Positions 1-10,052 are shown, counted from the first letter of the stretch. The stretch is DNA of 64,000 nucleotides from Ignavibacteriota bacterium (GCA_963776895.1 CAVZOL010000009.1:394704-458703); one strand, 5' to 3'. The notes: generated from the letters alone by a model not told the origin. Numbers and translations are program-made.

Positions 1-888
1 GCCATTGCCGCCGCAAATATAGCAGCTTACATCCACTTCCGCGCTTGGCTCCGTGAACGGGAAAAAACTGGGTCGAAGACGAATCTTAACATCGCTCCCA
101 AAAAATTGCCTCGCGAACGCAAGCAGTACGCCTTTGAGATCGGCCATCGTCACCCCCTTATCGATCACAAGTCCTTCGAGTTGAAAAAATGCAACCGCAC
201 TCCGCGCACTCGCCGCTTCGTTGCGATACACTCGTCCGGGCATGATAGCCCGGATAGGAGGCTTTTGGCGCTCCATGAGGCGAATTTGCACGGGTGATGT
301 GTGCGTTCTGAGCAACAACTGTTGTAGTGCCAGCGTCCTCGCCGGTTCCCCATTCCGGGGGACAGGCGAGGACGCCTGTGCTACAGAGGATGGACTTGGC
401 TTTACAAAAAACGTATCTTGCATATCGCGCGCCGGGTGATCGGCAGCGAAATTCAGCTTGCCAAAATTATGCTCGTCGTCCTCGATCTCCGGGCCGTATT
501 CAACCGCAAATCCCATACGCTCGAAGATCGCGATCATCTCGTTCAGCGTTTTCATCAGCGGGTGCTCGTGGCCCGGCGAAGTGACAGGCACTGTTCGAGC
601 AGGCATCGTCAGGTCAATAGTGCCGCCGCCGGAAGCCCTGCTCACGCCAACTAATTGTTCTATTTCTGCAAACCGGACTTCGACGGATTGCCGAAGCAAA
701 TTCAATTCCTTCCCAGCCAGCGGCTTTTCCTCTTTCGGAACGCTTCGCAGATCGTCGAACATAGCCGCGATCGTTCCCTTACGTGTAAGGTGTGCGAGTT
801 TGAACGCTTCAAGTTCATTAGCGACAGCGATGGCATCGAGATCGGCCAGCAGCTTTTCACGGGTGGTAAGGATTTCGTTAATGGTCAT
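1..888 (-). CDS. pheS: Phenylalanine--tRNA ligase alpha subunit. The 3' end runs off the window. It is absent from the supplied ORF track because there is no stop in the window.
   Basis: My own minus-strand translation from the ATG at 888-886 gives MTINEILTTREKLLADL...HPARDMQDTFF...LLLRTHTSPVQIR...GRVYRNE...FFQLEGLVID...RPSFFPFTEPSAEVDV. There are no stops down to position 1. Confidence 0.88.
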   Translation of the reverse strand, partial: MTINEILTTREKLLADLDAIAVANELEAFKLAHLTRKGTIAAMFDDLRSVPKEEKPLAGKELNLLRQSVEVRFAEIEQLVGVSRASGGGTIDLTMPARTVPVTSPGHEHPLMKTLNEMIAIFERMGFAVEYGPEIEDDEHNFGKLNFAADHPARDMQDTFFVKPSPSSVAQASSPVPRNGEPARTLALQQLLLRTHTSPVQIRLMERQKPPIRAIMPGRVYRNEAASARSAVAFFQLEGLVIDKGVTMADLKGVLLAFARQFFGSDVKIRLRPSFFPFTEPSAEVDVSCYICGGNG

Positions 889-948
889 GGTATTAAGGAA
901 CGCTATCAACGCATAAATCGCGCCGGATAGATTGGAAATTTCACTTGT

Positions 949-2337
949 TCAGACGTTTTTAACTTCCGGACCATGACGCTTCACAAAGTTCTTAATAATT
1001 CCGGTAAAGACCGCATCCATCCCGAGACCTGCGCCGCTCTGAATCGAAGCCGTATTAAGTACCGCCGCACCGTTCGAAAGATATAGTATCGTCATATCGC
1101 CTCCGCCGGAGCCGTCCCATCGCGGATCGTTTGAGTCGTAGATCGTGCCGATGGACTCGGAATCGCAATTCATCCCATGCGCAATGATCTCCAGAGTATC
1201 GCTGCGCTCTGATGCTTTATCTGTTTCCGCGCCGCTTATCGGCTTTCCATCGATACCCGCCATCCCGAATAAATTTCCCGGTGGAACCTCAATGCCCGCA
1301 AGCACCCAATGCTCTTTGTTCGCGATAAGTCGATAGGGCGCAAAGGTGTGCATCCCGAGACCATTATATCTTCCTCCAAGATAATTTTGCGGAGGCCGAA
1401 AATGATGCTTCCACATTCCACCGAACGAGAACGTGTTGTTAAAAAATGTCAGATCCTTCCGGCATTCCATCCTGGTGTGATGTGCATTCCATCGAACGAC
1501 CCAATAGAGTTGGTTCGCTCCAAGCGAGATCAGCGAAACGCCGCGTTTAATTACATCACGCACCGCGTGGTGCATCTTACTCAATATGTATTCACAATGA
1601 TAAGCAAGCACGAGCAGCCTGCACCCATCCAGCACGCCTGCTTCTTCGAGGAGGTAATCGGGAACAATCGAAACATTGGGGTACAATTCAGAAAACCAAT
1701 GAAAGATATTTGCTTCGGCCTGGATCGAGTGATTCAACTTGAATGCGGTATTGGGGCGCTGTGTTGACACATAATAAACGGTCTTGTTCGCAAACTTATT
1801 TTGATAAAGCGACTTCCCACCCCAGGAATTATATGCCGTCCATGTCGAAACAGGCGCAACGATAACAATCAATCCAGGTTCCCGGGAGCCGATAATAAAA
1901 TAGATCTCGAACGTCGTGCCAGTTTCTTCGCTTGTCAGCACCGCTTGATAATACCCGGTTTTAAATTCATCCCCGATCGTAACCGTCATGCTTGGGTTCC
2001 ACGAACAGCCTTGTTCGGAAGCATCGGGAGGAATCGTCTGCGTTTCGCAGCCAAACGATGCCATAAAAACTTCGGCATATTTAAACGGCCCGTTCATCCT
2101 CCGAAGCACGAGTGTGTTCCGTTCCGCGTCTGACCGTAAAAAAAACGTGACCGTCTCGCCTTGACGATAGTATTGCTTGTCGGTGTAACCTTCCGGGATC
2201 TGCGGATCCATATCCATCGTATGACCATGACGCACATGCGAGACGAACCGGTATCGATAATACCTTGCAAATATAACCGCGCACACGAGCGCCATGCCTA
2301 ACAGGACGGAACTAACAAGCACGACCATAACGCTCAT
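949..2337 (-). CDS. Membrane-anchored protein resembling the N,N-dimethylformamidase beta-subunit-like (DUF6605-type) family
   Basis: N-terminal transmembrane helix (VMVVLVSSVLLGMALVCAVIF). The motif IVAPVSTWTAYNSWGGKSLYQ is typical of that family. The family call is from memory only. Confidence 0.55.
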   Translation of the reverse strand: MSVMVVLVSSVLLGMALVCAVIFARYYRYRFVSHVRHGHTMDMDPQIPEGYTDKQYYRQGETVTFFLRSDAERNTLVLRRMNGPFKYAEVFMASFGCETQTIPPDASEQGCSWNPSMTVTIGDEFKTGYYQAVLTSEETGTTFEIYFIIGSREPGLIVIVAPVSTWTAYNSWGGKSLYQNKFANKTVYYVSTQRPNTAFKLNHSIQAEANIFHWFSELYPNVSIVPDYLLEEAGVLDGCRLLVLAYHCEYILSKMHHAVRDVIKRGVSLISLGANQLYWVVRWNAHHTRMECRKDLTFFNNTFSFGGMWKHHFRPPQNYLGGRYNGLGMHTFAPYRLIANKEHWVLAGIEVPPGNLFGMAGIDGKPISGAETDKASERSDTLEIIAHGMNCDSESIGTIYDSNDPRWDGSGGGDMTILYLSNGAAVLNTASIQSGAGLGMDAVFTGIIKNFVKRHGPEVKNV

Positions 2338-2343
2338 TCCTTC

Positions 2344-3285
2344 TTATTTTCTAAACGCATCGGTTGCATCGAGCAATGCGGAACGGTTTTCCACCTCAAA
2401 AGCGGAGTGCCCCGACATGGGCGAAATAACAAGCTGCGCTTCCGGAAAAGCACGATGCAGATCCCACGCACTCCGAATGGGACACACAACATCGTATCGC
2501 CCTTGCACGATCACGGTTGGAATATGCCGAATGCGGCCAACATCACGCAAAAGCTGACCATCCTCCATAAATCCCTTATTGAAAAAGTAGTGGCACTCGA
2601 TCCGCGCGAAGGCAATGGCGAAATCGTCATCGCTATAGTGGGCAACCATATCAGGATCGACAAGTAGTTTCGAAGTGGAACCTTCCCAGCCGCTCCAGGC
2701 ACGCGCCGCCTCAAGCTGGATCCTGCGGTCGGTGCTTGTCAGCCGCTTGTGATATGCGGTGACAAAATCATTCCGCTCCGGTTCAGAAATTGGCTTGATG
2801 TAATCCTCCCACTTGTCCGGGAAAATAGCATCGGCGCCTTTTTGGTAAAGCCAATCGATTTCCCATTGGCGAACGAGAAAAATTCCGCGCAGCACAAGAT
2901 GCGTAACCCGCTCCGGATGAGTTTCGGAATATGCCAGCGAAAGCGTCGAGCCCCAGGAACCACCGAACACCAGCCATTTTTCGATTCCGAGATGCTCTCG
3001 GAGTTTTTCCATATCGCGCACCAGATCCCACGTCGTATTATCTTCGAGCGAAGCATTCGGCGTGCTTTTTCCGCATCCACGCTGATCGAAAAGTATAATG
3101 CGATAATATTTGGGATCAAAATACCGCCGGTGATCCGGCTGCGTGCCGCCTCCGGGGCCGCCATGCACGAACACAGCCGGGAATCCTTTCGGATTGCCGC
3201 TTTCTTCGTAATACATCGAATGAATGTTCGATACCTTTAGATGGCCCTGATTGTATGGTTCGATGGATGGGTAGAATTCTCTCAT
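2344..3285 (-). CDS. pip: Prolyl aminopeptidase (proline iminopeptidase)
   Basis: YPSIEPYNQGHLKV...YYEESGNPKGFPAVFVHGGPGGG...FGGSWGSTLSLAYSETHPERV is the classic Pip alpha/beta hydrolase signature. Confidence 0.9.
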   Translation of the reverse strand: MREFYPSIEPYNQGHLKVSNIHSMYYEESGNPKGFPAVFVHGGPGGGTQPDHRRYFDPKYYRIILFDQRGCGKSTPNASLEDNTTWDLVRDMEKLREHLGIEKWLVFGGSWGSTLSLAYSETHPERVTHLVLRGIFLVRQWEIDWLYQKGADAIFPDKWEDYIKPISEPERNDFVTAYHKRLTSTDRRIQLEAARAWSGWEGSTSKLLVDPDMVAHYSDDDFAIAFARIECHYFFNKGFMEDGQLLRDVGRIRHIPTVIVQGRYDVVCPIRSAWDLHRAFPEAQLVISPMSGHSAFEVENRSALLDATDAFRK

Positions 3286-3288
3286 TTT

Positions 3289-4251
3289 TTATGAAATAAA
3301 TGGTGCATCAATTATTTGATCGATACTCTTTAACGTAGTATTCCACGAAGCCCATTCCACTGCATTTTGCAGTGCTTCTTCAGAAGCTTTCCCGGAAAGC
3401 ACGAAAAAGATGAATGCAGAGCCAAACACATCTCCGGAGCCGGTTGTCTCAATAACTTCTATCTGTGGAGGGGTTGCATTATAGACCATCTCCTTCTCGA
3501 AATCGAAGAGCGCAGCTCCCCGCTCGGCACGGGTCAGGATCAGATACCGCAGTTGTGGAAACTTATTGCTTAGCATAATGTACTTTATTAATTCCGCTTC
3601 CGAACGAATTTCCGGATCGGCAAACCAGCGTACTTCAAGCTCGTTCAATTGCACAGAGTCGGCGATCGCAAGCCATCGCTTCCATTCGCTTACTCCGCGC
3701 GGCTCACGCCCTCCACCAAACGGCGCATTCTCATCGCGTTCCGATAATGAGCCAAGTATGAGCGCGTGAATATCGATATGAATATATGGCTTTTTCGCTG
3801 TTCCATTAAAGGCAGTCTCCAGCGTTTCAATATCGACATCGAATCCGGAGATCATGTTCACAAAAAGTCCATCGAGCGATTCGAGAAGGCGTGGTGTCAA
3901 TTCATTGCCGGTTAGCGCGGGAAGAATATGCGGACAATGCTCCGTGCGTTCTCCAGTCTCACGATAGACAAGCTGCACGCGGTTCGTCTGCGAGTTCGTC
4001 GGCCAAAGTCCGGTTCCACGTTCGAGATGATGGAATTTATCGAGCAGCGATTCAAGAAAAGCACGGTCAGGTTTTGAAAGCCACGTCAATGGAGCAAAGG
4101 AATCATTCGCAGAACCACATTCGCTCATCAGCCGCTCCATCGCGGCATAAGAATAGAGCACGCCGCCTAATACTTGCTCAGGAACTGCGGATGGGCGAGC
4201 TGCATGGATGATCTCATCGATACAAGGCTGGCCGATAATTCCTATTTGCAT
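3289..4251 (-). CDS. PfkB-family (ribokinase-like) carbohydrate kinase
   Basis: C-terminal TTGSGDVFGSAF motif and the overall length. Confidence 0.7.
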   Translation of the reverse strand: MQIGIIGQPCIDEIIHAARPSAVPEQVLGGVLYSYAAMERLMSECGSANDSFAPLTWLSKPDRAFLESLLDKFHHLERGTGLWPTNSQTNRVQLVYRETGERTEHCPHILPALTGNELTPRLLESLDGLFVNMISGFDVDIETLETAFNGTAKKPYIHIDIHALILGSLSERDENAPFGGGREPRGVSEWKRWLAIADSVQLNELEVRWFADPEIRSEAELIKYIMLSNKFPQLRYLILTRAERGAALFDFEKEMVYNATPPQIEVIETTGSGDVFGSAFIFFVLSGKASEEALQNAVEWASWNTTLKSIDQIIDAPFIS

Positions 4252-4910
4252 TAAGCGGTCGCGGGGCGAACGATATGAAAATTAAATTGCGGAGATTTGA
4301 ACAACCCCATCAGTCGTACCCAGATCGGCAACAGTTGCTCGGTACCGCGCGCGGTCGTAATATCGCCGAGATCGATTACGATCTTCCATCCGAACCATTC
4401 TGTGAGAATTTTCCGAACCATCGCTTTCGCGTCCGCATCATTGCCACTCATAAAAAGATCATGCTCGCCTGGAAGGATTGATGGATTCACCATCAGTATA
4501 GCATTCACGGTGTTCAATGTTTTCACGACTTTCGCATCCGGAAATTCTCTCTGAATTTGCTCGCCAACGGAATCATCGTTACAAACCGAGAGCGTTGGAG
4601 GAAATCCCTTCGAAAAATCGAGCGGATTGGAAATATCTATCAAAATTTTTCCAGCCAGATTCTGTGCGCCGGCCATCCGAAGCGCATCGAGTGCAACCAT
4701 TCCGCCCGTGCAATTAAAAACGATCTCCCCAAATTTTGCGGCATCCGCAAAGGTGCCGTGCGAGGCTCGCGTGCCGGCCTTCGCAACCCACTCCGCAGCC
4801 TTTTCATTCGTCGCAGTGCGTGAACCCATTTTGACGTCATGCCCTAACTCGACAAGCTTCGAACCGATGGTCTGACCGACCACTCCGCTTCCCAAAACAG
4901 CAATTTTCAT
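4251..4910 (-). CDS. NAD(P)-binding oxidoreductase, NADPH-dependent F420 reductase-like
   Basis: N-terminal Rossmann motif MKIAVLGSGVVGQTIGSKL, with length and pattern like the F420_oxidored family. Confidence 0.65.
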   Translation of the reverse strand: MKIAVLGSGVVGQTIGSKLVELGHDVKMGSRTATNEKAAEWVAKAGTRASHGTFADAAKFGEIVFNCTGGMVALDALRMAGAQNLAGKILIDISNPLDFSKGFPPTLSVCNDDSVGEQIQREFPDAKVVKTLNTVNAILMVNPSILPGEHDLFMSGNDADAKAMVRKILTEWFGWKIVIDLGDITTARGTEQLLPIWVRLMGLFKSPQFNFHIVRPATA

Positions 4911-4950
4911 AATAGTAAAAAGAAAAAATTATCTACAAAAATACGGAGAA

Positions 4951-6372
4951 ATGAGCCAAAATTTTTGTTTAGCGACATTCCATTCTAAACAACAAAACGT
5001 GAAAGAACGCATACGCATTGCATCGGGTCAGGGTTTCTGGGGCGATCTGCCATCCGCGCCGATCGACCAAATTCGCCGCGCATCCGCCGAATCGCCCGTC
5101 GATTACATGATGATGGATTACCTCGCCGAGGTGACCATGTCCATCATGCAAAAACAAAAACTGAAAGATCCGCGCGCGGGCTACGCACGCGATCTCATTG
5201 ATGTGATCGACGCCATCCTTCCGGATATTGTTGAGAAGAATATAAAGATCATCACCAATGGCGGCGGCGTAAATCCCGAAGGCTGCCGCGACGCTATTTT
5301 TGAAGTGGCAAAACGGCGCCGCATTCCGATCAAAGTGGGCGTTGTACTCGAAGATAATATTCTTGATACTATCGACACGCTTCTCGCGCAGGGCCATAAA
5401 TTAAAAAACATGGAGACGGGAGAACCCGTCAGTGATATTCGCGACCGCATTCTTTCCGCGAATGTCTATTTCGGCGCATGGCCCATCGTTGAAGCATTGC
5501 GTCAGGGCGCGCAGATCGTTGTGACGGGCCGTACGACGGATACCGGCCTTACGCTTGCGCCAATGATCTACGAATTTGGATGGAAGCCTGATGACTGGAA
5601 CCTTATGGCATCGGGAACTGTCGCGGGACACATTTTGGAATGCGGCGCGCAATCCTCCGGCGGGAATTTCTCTGCCGATTGGAAGTCGGTGAAAGACATG
5701 GCACACATTGGGTTTCCAATCGCGGAAGCATATCCCAATGGAGATTTTATCATTACAAAACATCCTAAAACGGGCGGACTTGTATCGCGCCAAACCGTTG
5801 CCGAGCAATGTTTGTATGAGATCGGTGATCCGACCAATTATATCACTCCGGATTGCATCGCGGATTTCACCAGCATCCATCTTGACGATCTAGGCCGAGA
5901 CCGCGTGAAAGTCTCTGGCATCAAAGGCCGCGCAGCAACGGATTCCTACAAAGTCTCCATGTCCTACCGCGATGGTTTTTCCGCGCAGGGCACACTTACC
6001 TACACCTGGCCCGATGCGATGGAGAAAGCTCGTTTATCTGACAAGATATTACGCACACGCCTTCAAGACGCCGGTTGCACGTTCGAGGAAATGCGGACAG
6101 AATTTCTCGGAGTGAATTCCTGCCACGGCCCGCTCACACCTGTGGATTTCGATGAGGTACAGGAAGTGGTCATTAAATGGGGTGTGCGTGGGCAGGATAA
6201 AAAATCTATCGAGACGTTCGGGAAGGAAATCGCGCCACTGATCCTCACCGGGCCTCCAAGCGTAACTGGATTTGCCGGAGGCAGGCCAAAGCCAAGTGAA
6301 GTGGTTGCCTATTGGCCAGCGCTGCTGGATAAGAAGGCTGTAACGCCACGCGTTGTTGTCGATTCTGTTTGA
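4951..6372 (+). CDS. Acyclic terpene utilisation AtuA-family protein (DUF1446)
   Basis: IRIASGQGFWGD near the N-terminus, with length about 470 aa. Confidence 0.75.
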   Translation: MSQNFCLATFHSKQQNVKERIRIASGQGFWGDLPSAPIDQIRRASAESPVDYMMMDYLAEVTMSIMQKQKLKDPRAGYARDLIDVIDAILPDIVEKNIKIITNGGGVNPEGCRDAIFEVAKRRRIPIKVGVVLEDNILDTIDTLLAQGHKLKNMETGEPVSDIRDRILSANVYFGAWPIVEALRQGAQIVVTGRTTDTGLTLAPMIYEFGWKPDDWNLMASGTVAGHILECGAQSSGGNFSADWKSVKDMAHIGFPIAEAYPNGDFIITKHPKTGGLVSRQTVAEQCLYEIGDPTNYITPDCIADFTSIHLDDLGRDRVKVSGIKGRAATDSYKVSMSYRDGFSAQGTLTYTWPDAMEKARLSDKILRTRLQDAGCTFEEMRTEFLGVNSCHGPLTPVDFDEVQEVVIKWGVRGQDKKSIETFGKEIAPLILTGPPSVTGFAGGRPKPSEVVAYWPALLDKKAVTPRVVVDSV

Positions 6373-6379
6373 TATCAAC

Positions 6380-6513
6380 GTCATTGCGAGGAGCATTTGG
6401 CGACCGGAGGGAGCCGGATGCGACGAAGCAATCCCTCCAATTCGAAACGAATCTGAACGGATTGCTTCGTCGAAATTGCTACGCTCCGCTTCGCAATTCC
6501 TCCTCGCAATGAC
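6380..6513. repeat. 134-bp nested inverted-repeat (MITE/REP-like) element
   Basis: The outer arms are gtcattgcgaggag (6380-6393) and ctcctcgcaatgac (6500-6513). The inner arms are cgacgaagcaatcc (6421-6434) and ggattgcttcgtcg (6459-6472). Confidence 0.75.
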
Positions 6514-6529
6514 AGTATAAAAAGTACAC

Positions 6530-7480
6530 ATGACCACCGAAATCGGGAAAGACATTGCAAAAGCCCGGACTCTTTTAGAACGTGGCTTGCTCGTTGTGAT
6601 CCCGACCGAAACGGTGTATGGACTTGCCGCGAATGCGCTTGATGAAGAAGCCGTCCTGCATATTTTCGAAGTAAAACACCGGCCACAATTCGATCCACTT
6701 ATTGTGCATGGCGCCGATAGAGAACAGCTTTCTGAATATGTAACATCATTCCCGAATTGGGCATCGTCTCTCGCAGATACATTCTGGCCGGGACCGCTTA
6801 CGCTGGTGCTACCAAAACGAGCCATCATTCCCGATATTGTTACATCCGGACTCAATACCGTTGCCGTGCGCGTTCCGAACAGCCCACTTACGCAGGAACT
6901 TCTTGCTCAGCTTGATTTCCCGCTTGCGGCGCCGAGCGCAAATCCGTTCGGATATGTCAGCCCAACCTCTGCGCAGCATGTGATGGATCAGCTTGGCGGG
7001 AAGATTCCCTACATTCTCGATGGCGGCGAATGCTCCGTCGGACTTGAATCAACTATTGTCGCCGAAGAAAATGGAAAGCTGCACATTCTTCGATTGGGAG
7101 GGATTTCTGTCGAAGAAATAGAGAGCGTTGTTGGGAAGGTTATCGTTGGCACTGCATTGCCCGAAGTTGTGCATTCTCCCGGCAGCATGAAAAGCCATTA
7201 CGCAACGCGAACGCTGCTAAAACTTGGGCCGATCAACCTTACAAATTACGATCCAAACTCAACAGGCATTCTTAGTTTTCGAAAAAGCTATATGGAAATC
7301 CCACGAGAGCATCAAGTGGTGCTTTCCCCCTCCGGCAATCTGCATGAAGCCAGCAAGAACCTGTTTGCCGCCATGCGCTACCTCGATGGGCTGAAATTGA
7401 GAATCATTCTTGCCGAAGCATTTCCGGAAATGGGATTGGGGCGGGCGATTAATGATCGGTTAAGACGAGCGGCGGAGTAG
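6530..7480 (+). CDS. tsaC: L-threonylcarbamoyladenylate synthase, long Sua5/YwlC form
   Basis: YrdC motif VIPTETVYGLAANA plus a C-terminal Sua5 domain, 316 aa. Confidence 0.85.
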   Translation: MTTEIGKDIAKARTLLERGLLVVIPTETVYGLAANALDEEAVLHIFEVKHRPQFDPLIVHGADREQLSEYVTSFPNWASSLADTFWPGPLTLVLPKRAIIPDIVTSGLNTVAVRVPNSPLTQELLAQLDFPLAAPSANPFGYVSPTSAQHVMDQLGGKIPYILDGGECSVGLESTIVAEENGKLHILRLGGISVEEIESVVGKVIVGTALPEVVHSPGSMKSHYATRTLLKLGPINLTNYDPNSTGILSFRKSYMEIPREHQVVLSPSGNLHEASKNLFAAMRYLDGLKLRIILAEAFPEMGLGRAINDRLRRAAE

Positions 7481-7534
7481 TGGGCACTCTTTCGATACGA
7501 TTCGCGTATAAATTTCCTCTTCAAAGGGGGAAAT

Positions 7535-9610
7535 ATGAAATTCAAAATTGCATTGCTTTTTTTTGTAGCGTTGTTCATTCAAGCCGGAAATCTATCGGCT
7601 CAATGGGTTCAAACCAATGGACCGTATGGCGGCACGATCAATGCTATTGTTTCGAACGGCTCTTACCTCTATTCAGCCACAAGCGGCGCGGGTGTGTTTC
7701 GCTCATCGGATAATGGTTCAACATGGAGTCCATCAAGTTCCGGGGTGCTTGGGTTATCTGGAGTTTATACCGTCGCGGCAAGCGGAACTACTCTTTTCGC
7801 TGCAAGTGGCTATGGAATTTTTCGCTCTACCGATAACGGTGATAACTGGACTATCGTCGATTCAGAGATCACATCAATCGAATCCTTCGCGGTCGCCGGA
7901 GCGGATATTTTTGCCCACAACGATAGCATAATTTTTCGTTCGACGGACAATGGTTCGACCTGGCAACCGGTGTTTAGCGACTCTCTGGGGTTAGGCTCCC
8001 CATTGGCCAATGTTTTCTGCCTTAGCAGCAATGGAACATCTCTACTGGCTGGAACATGGACTGGAATATTTCGCTCCACCGATTATGGCGCGAGTTGGAC
8101 TGATGTAGTACCCCTTCCGGGTAGTGGTATCATTCACGGAATAGGCATGTTCGGCACCACGGATGTTGTCTCTCTTGAAAACGGCTTTGGCCCTGATAGC
8201 ATAATTCGCTCCACCAATGGGGGAATTACTTGGGTGACCGTTGGATCATTTGGCGTGGTCACTGCTGGCTTCGCCGGCAATGGAGATACTATTTGGGTTG
8301 GAATAGGCGATAGCATCGTTATTTCCGCCGATAGCGGAATGAGCTGGTCCTACGTTAGCGGGGCAGTTCCCACTGCAAGTATTCTCTGCCTGTTGTATGT
8401 GGGTTCCAAGCTTTTCGCTGGAACCGAATACAATGGAGTTTTTCGATCGACCAATAATGGAATAACCTGGACCGCTCAAAATGATGGCATCACAAACGTT
8501 GAAATCCCATCGCTCTGTTCGTTTGGAGAAAGTCTGTTTGCGGGAACGGGCGATGTCGGCGTATTTCGAACCACGGACAGCGGGACCACATGGGTTTCCA
8601 TGGATTCCGGACTGCACTCTAACAATACGTTTCAATCATTATATGCGAACGGGTCCCTTTTGATCGCGGGAACCGATGGTACCGGTGTTTATCGCTCAAT
8701 TGACAGTGGTAAAAGCTGGACTCAGCCTTTCCTTCAATTATTTGGCCTTGCGATCAACACACTTGCAGGTAGCGGCGGAAAATTTTTTGCGGGTACCTAC
8801 GGGAGCGGTGTCTATGTATCCGCAGACGACGGAGTAACCTGGACATCATTATCCACATCCAACCCAGCATTATCCACCAGCACAGTGTGGGCACTGGATA
8901 CAATCGGGACTAATATAGTCGCTGGTACCACTGCCGGATCATTTTGGTCTTCGGATGGTGGTATGAACTGGTCGCAAAGTACTGGAATTGCTAGTACCGA
9001 TACCGTCCATGCCCTTGCCACTATTGGTTCAGAGATCTTTGCTGGAACGTCCTTTGGAATTTTTCTTTCCACCGACAATGGTGAAAGCTGGAATATTACT
9101 GGCTTCCAAAACTCTGTGAACGCGCTCGCCACTTACCAGGGAAATCTGTTCGCGAATTCTGCGCGAGTTTTTCTTTCAACGAACGCCGGAAATAGTTGGA
9201 TCTCGGTAGATACTGGGTTAGCAGGCATGGATGTCCTCGTTCTCGCCGTTAATGGTGATGGCCTTTATGCCGGGACGAGGAGTGGCAGCGTCTGGCGCAG
9301 GCCGATCTGGCAAATGGTGTCAACGAATGAAGTGTTGAATGAAAACTCACCCCTTCAACCATTGTCAATCTACCCGAACCCTGTTTCGCAGGACGCAACG
9401 ATCAGCTTTCCGTCCGATGTCGCTTCGCCAGCGAATGTGAGCATTTATAATCTATTAGGGTATGAGGTTGCACAACTATACGATGGGCCATTGGACGTTG
9501 GGAATCATTCCTATACATGGGATGCGAGCTGCGCAATGTCCGGCTCATACATTTGCGTGGTGAGAATGAACGGGCAGGTGTTGCGTGTGCCCGTTGTGGT
9601 GGTAAAATAA
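7535..9610 (+). CDS. Secreted BNR/Sortilin-type beta-propeller repeat protein with a T9SS C-terminal sorting domain
   Basis: Signal peptide, many S(T/S)DxGxTW repeats, and a C-terminus YPNPVSQDATISF...GSYICVVRMNG... Confidence 0.8.
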   Translation: MKFKIALLFFVALFIQAGNLSAQWVQTNGPYGGTINAIVSNGSYLYSATSGAGVFRSSDNGSTWSPSSSGVLGLSGVYTVAASGTTLFAASGYGIFRSTDNGDNWTIVDSEITSIESFAVAGADIFAHNDSIIFRSTDNGSTWQPVFSDSLGLGSPLANVFCLSSNGTSLLAGTWTGIFRSTDYGASWTDVVPLPGSGIIHGIGMFGTTDVVSLENGFGPDSIIRSTNGGITWVTVGSFGVVTAGFAGNGDTIWVGIGDSIVISADSGMSWSYVSGAVPTASILCLLYVGSKLFAGTEYNGVFRSTNNGITWTAQNDGITNVEIPSLCSFGESLFAGTGDVGVFRTTDSGTTWVSMDSGLHSNNTFQSLYANGSLLIAGTDGTGVYRSIDSGKSWTQPFLQLFGLAINTLAGSGGKFFAGTYGSGVYVSADDGVTWTSLSTSNPALSTSTVWALDTIGTNIVAGTTAGSFWSSDGGMNWSQSTGIASTDTVHALATIGSEIFAGTSFGIFLSTDNGESWNITGFQNSVNALATYQGNLFANSARVFLSTNAGNSWISVDTGLAGMDVLVLAVNGDGLYAGTRSGSVWRRPIWQMVSTNEVLNENSPLQPLSIYPNPVSQDATISFPSDVASPANVSIYNLLGYEVAQLYDGPLDVGNHSYTWDASCAMSGSYICVVRMNGQVLRVPVVVVK

Positions 9611-9612
9611 AC

Positions 9613-9933
9613 TTAGATACCTGCGGCATTCAATCGGCCTTCATGGTCATCCAGCTTATCGCCCATATTGCGTAATAACCGTCCGATCAAGGCTTGGGTG
9701 TCAGCAAGGCTCTCCATATCTCTTGCGTGTTTCTCCATGCTAAGAGCGTGTTTTTCCATTTCTATGGTGTGCAATTTCATATCGGTGCGCATCTCATCCA
9801 GCCACCGGTAAAAAAGCGGAATATATTGATCGAAGTTCATTTCGAGCGTCTCTAATCGTTTCTGAAAATCATCTGCCATATCAGCCATAAAAGTATAAGA
9901 CTTAAAATGGAGCATTAGTTCATGCTCACTCAA
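9613..9933 (-). CDS. Hypothetical small charged, probably helical protein
   Basis: ORF only; no recognisable family. Confidence 0.4.
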   Translation of the reverse strand: MSEHELMLHFKSYTFMADMADDFQKRLETLEMNFDQYIPLFYRWLDEMRTDMKLHTIEMEKHALSMEKHARDMESLADTQALIGRLLRNMGDKLDDHEGRLNAAGI

Positions 9934-10012
9934 TCATGGGATCATAGGGAGAATTTGTGAAACGATCGAAGACGTGAAGTAATGTGCTCGCTTGGGACAT
10001 ACGACGGGTTAG

Positions 10013-10046
10013 AGAAAAACCCGCGCGCAAACTGACGTTTGCGCTA
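10013..10046 (-). terminator. Intrinsic terminator after rpmD
   Basis: Hairpin gcgcaaac-tgac-gtttgcgc (10027-10046), followed on the minus strand by gcgggtttttctc. Confidence 0.55.
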
Positions 10047-10052
10047 CACTCC

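Noticed and set aside
6049-6855. A 268-aa minus-strand ORF spanning the atuA 3' end, the palindromic element and the tsaC 5' end.
   Set aside because: It overlaps two well-supported genes on the other strand and reads through a non-coding repeat.
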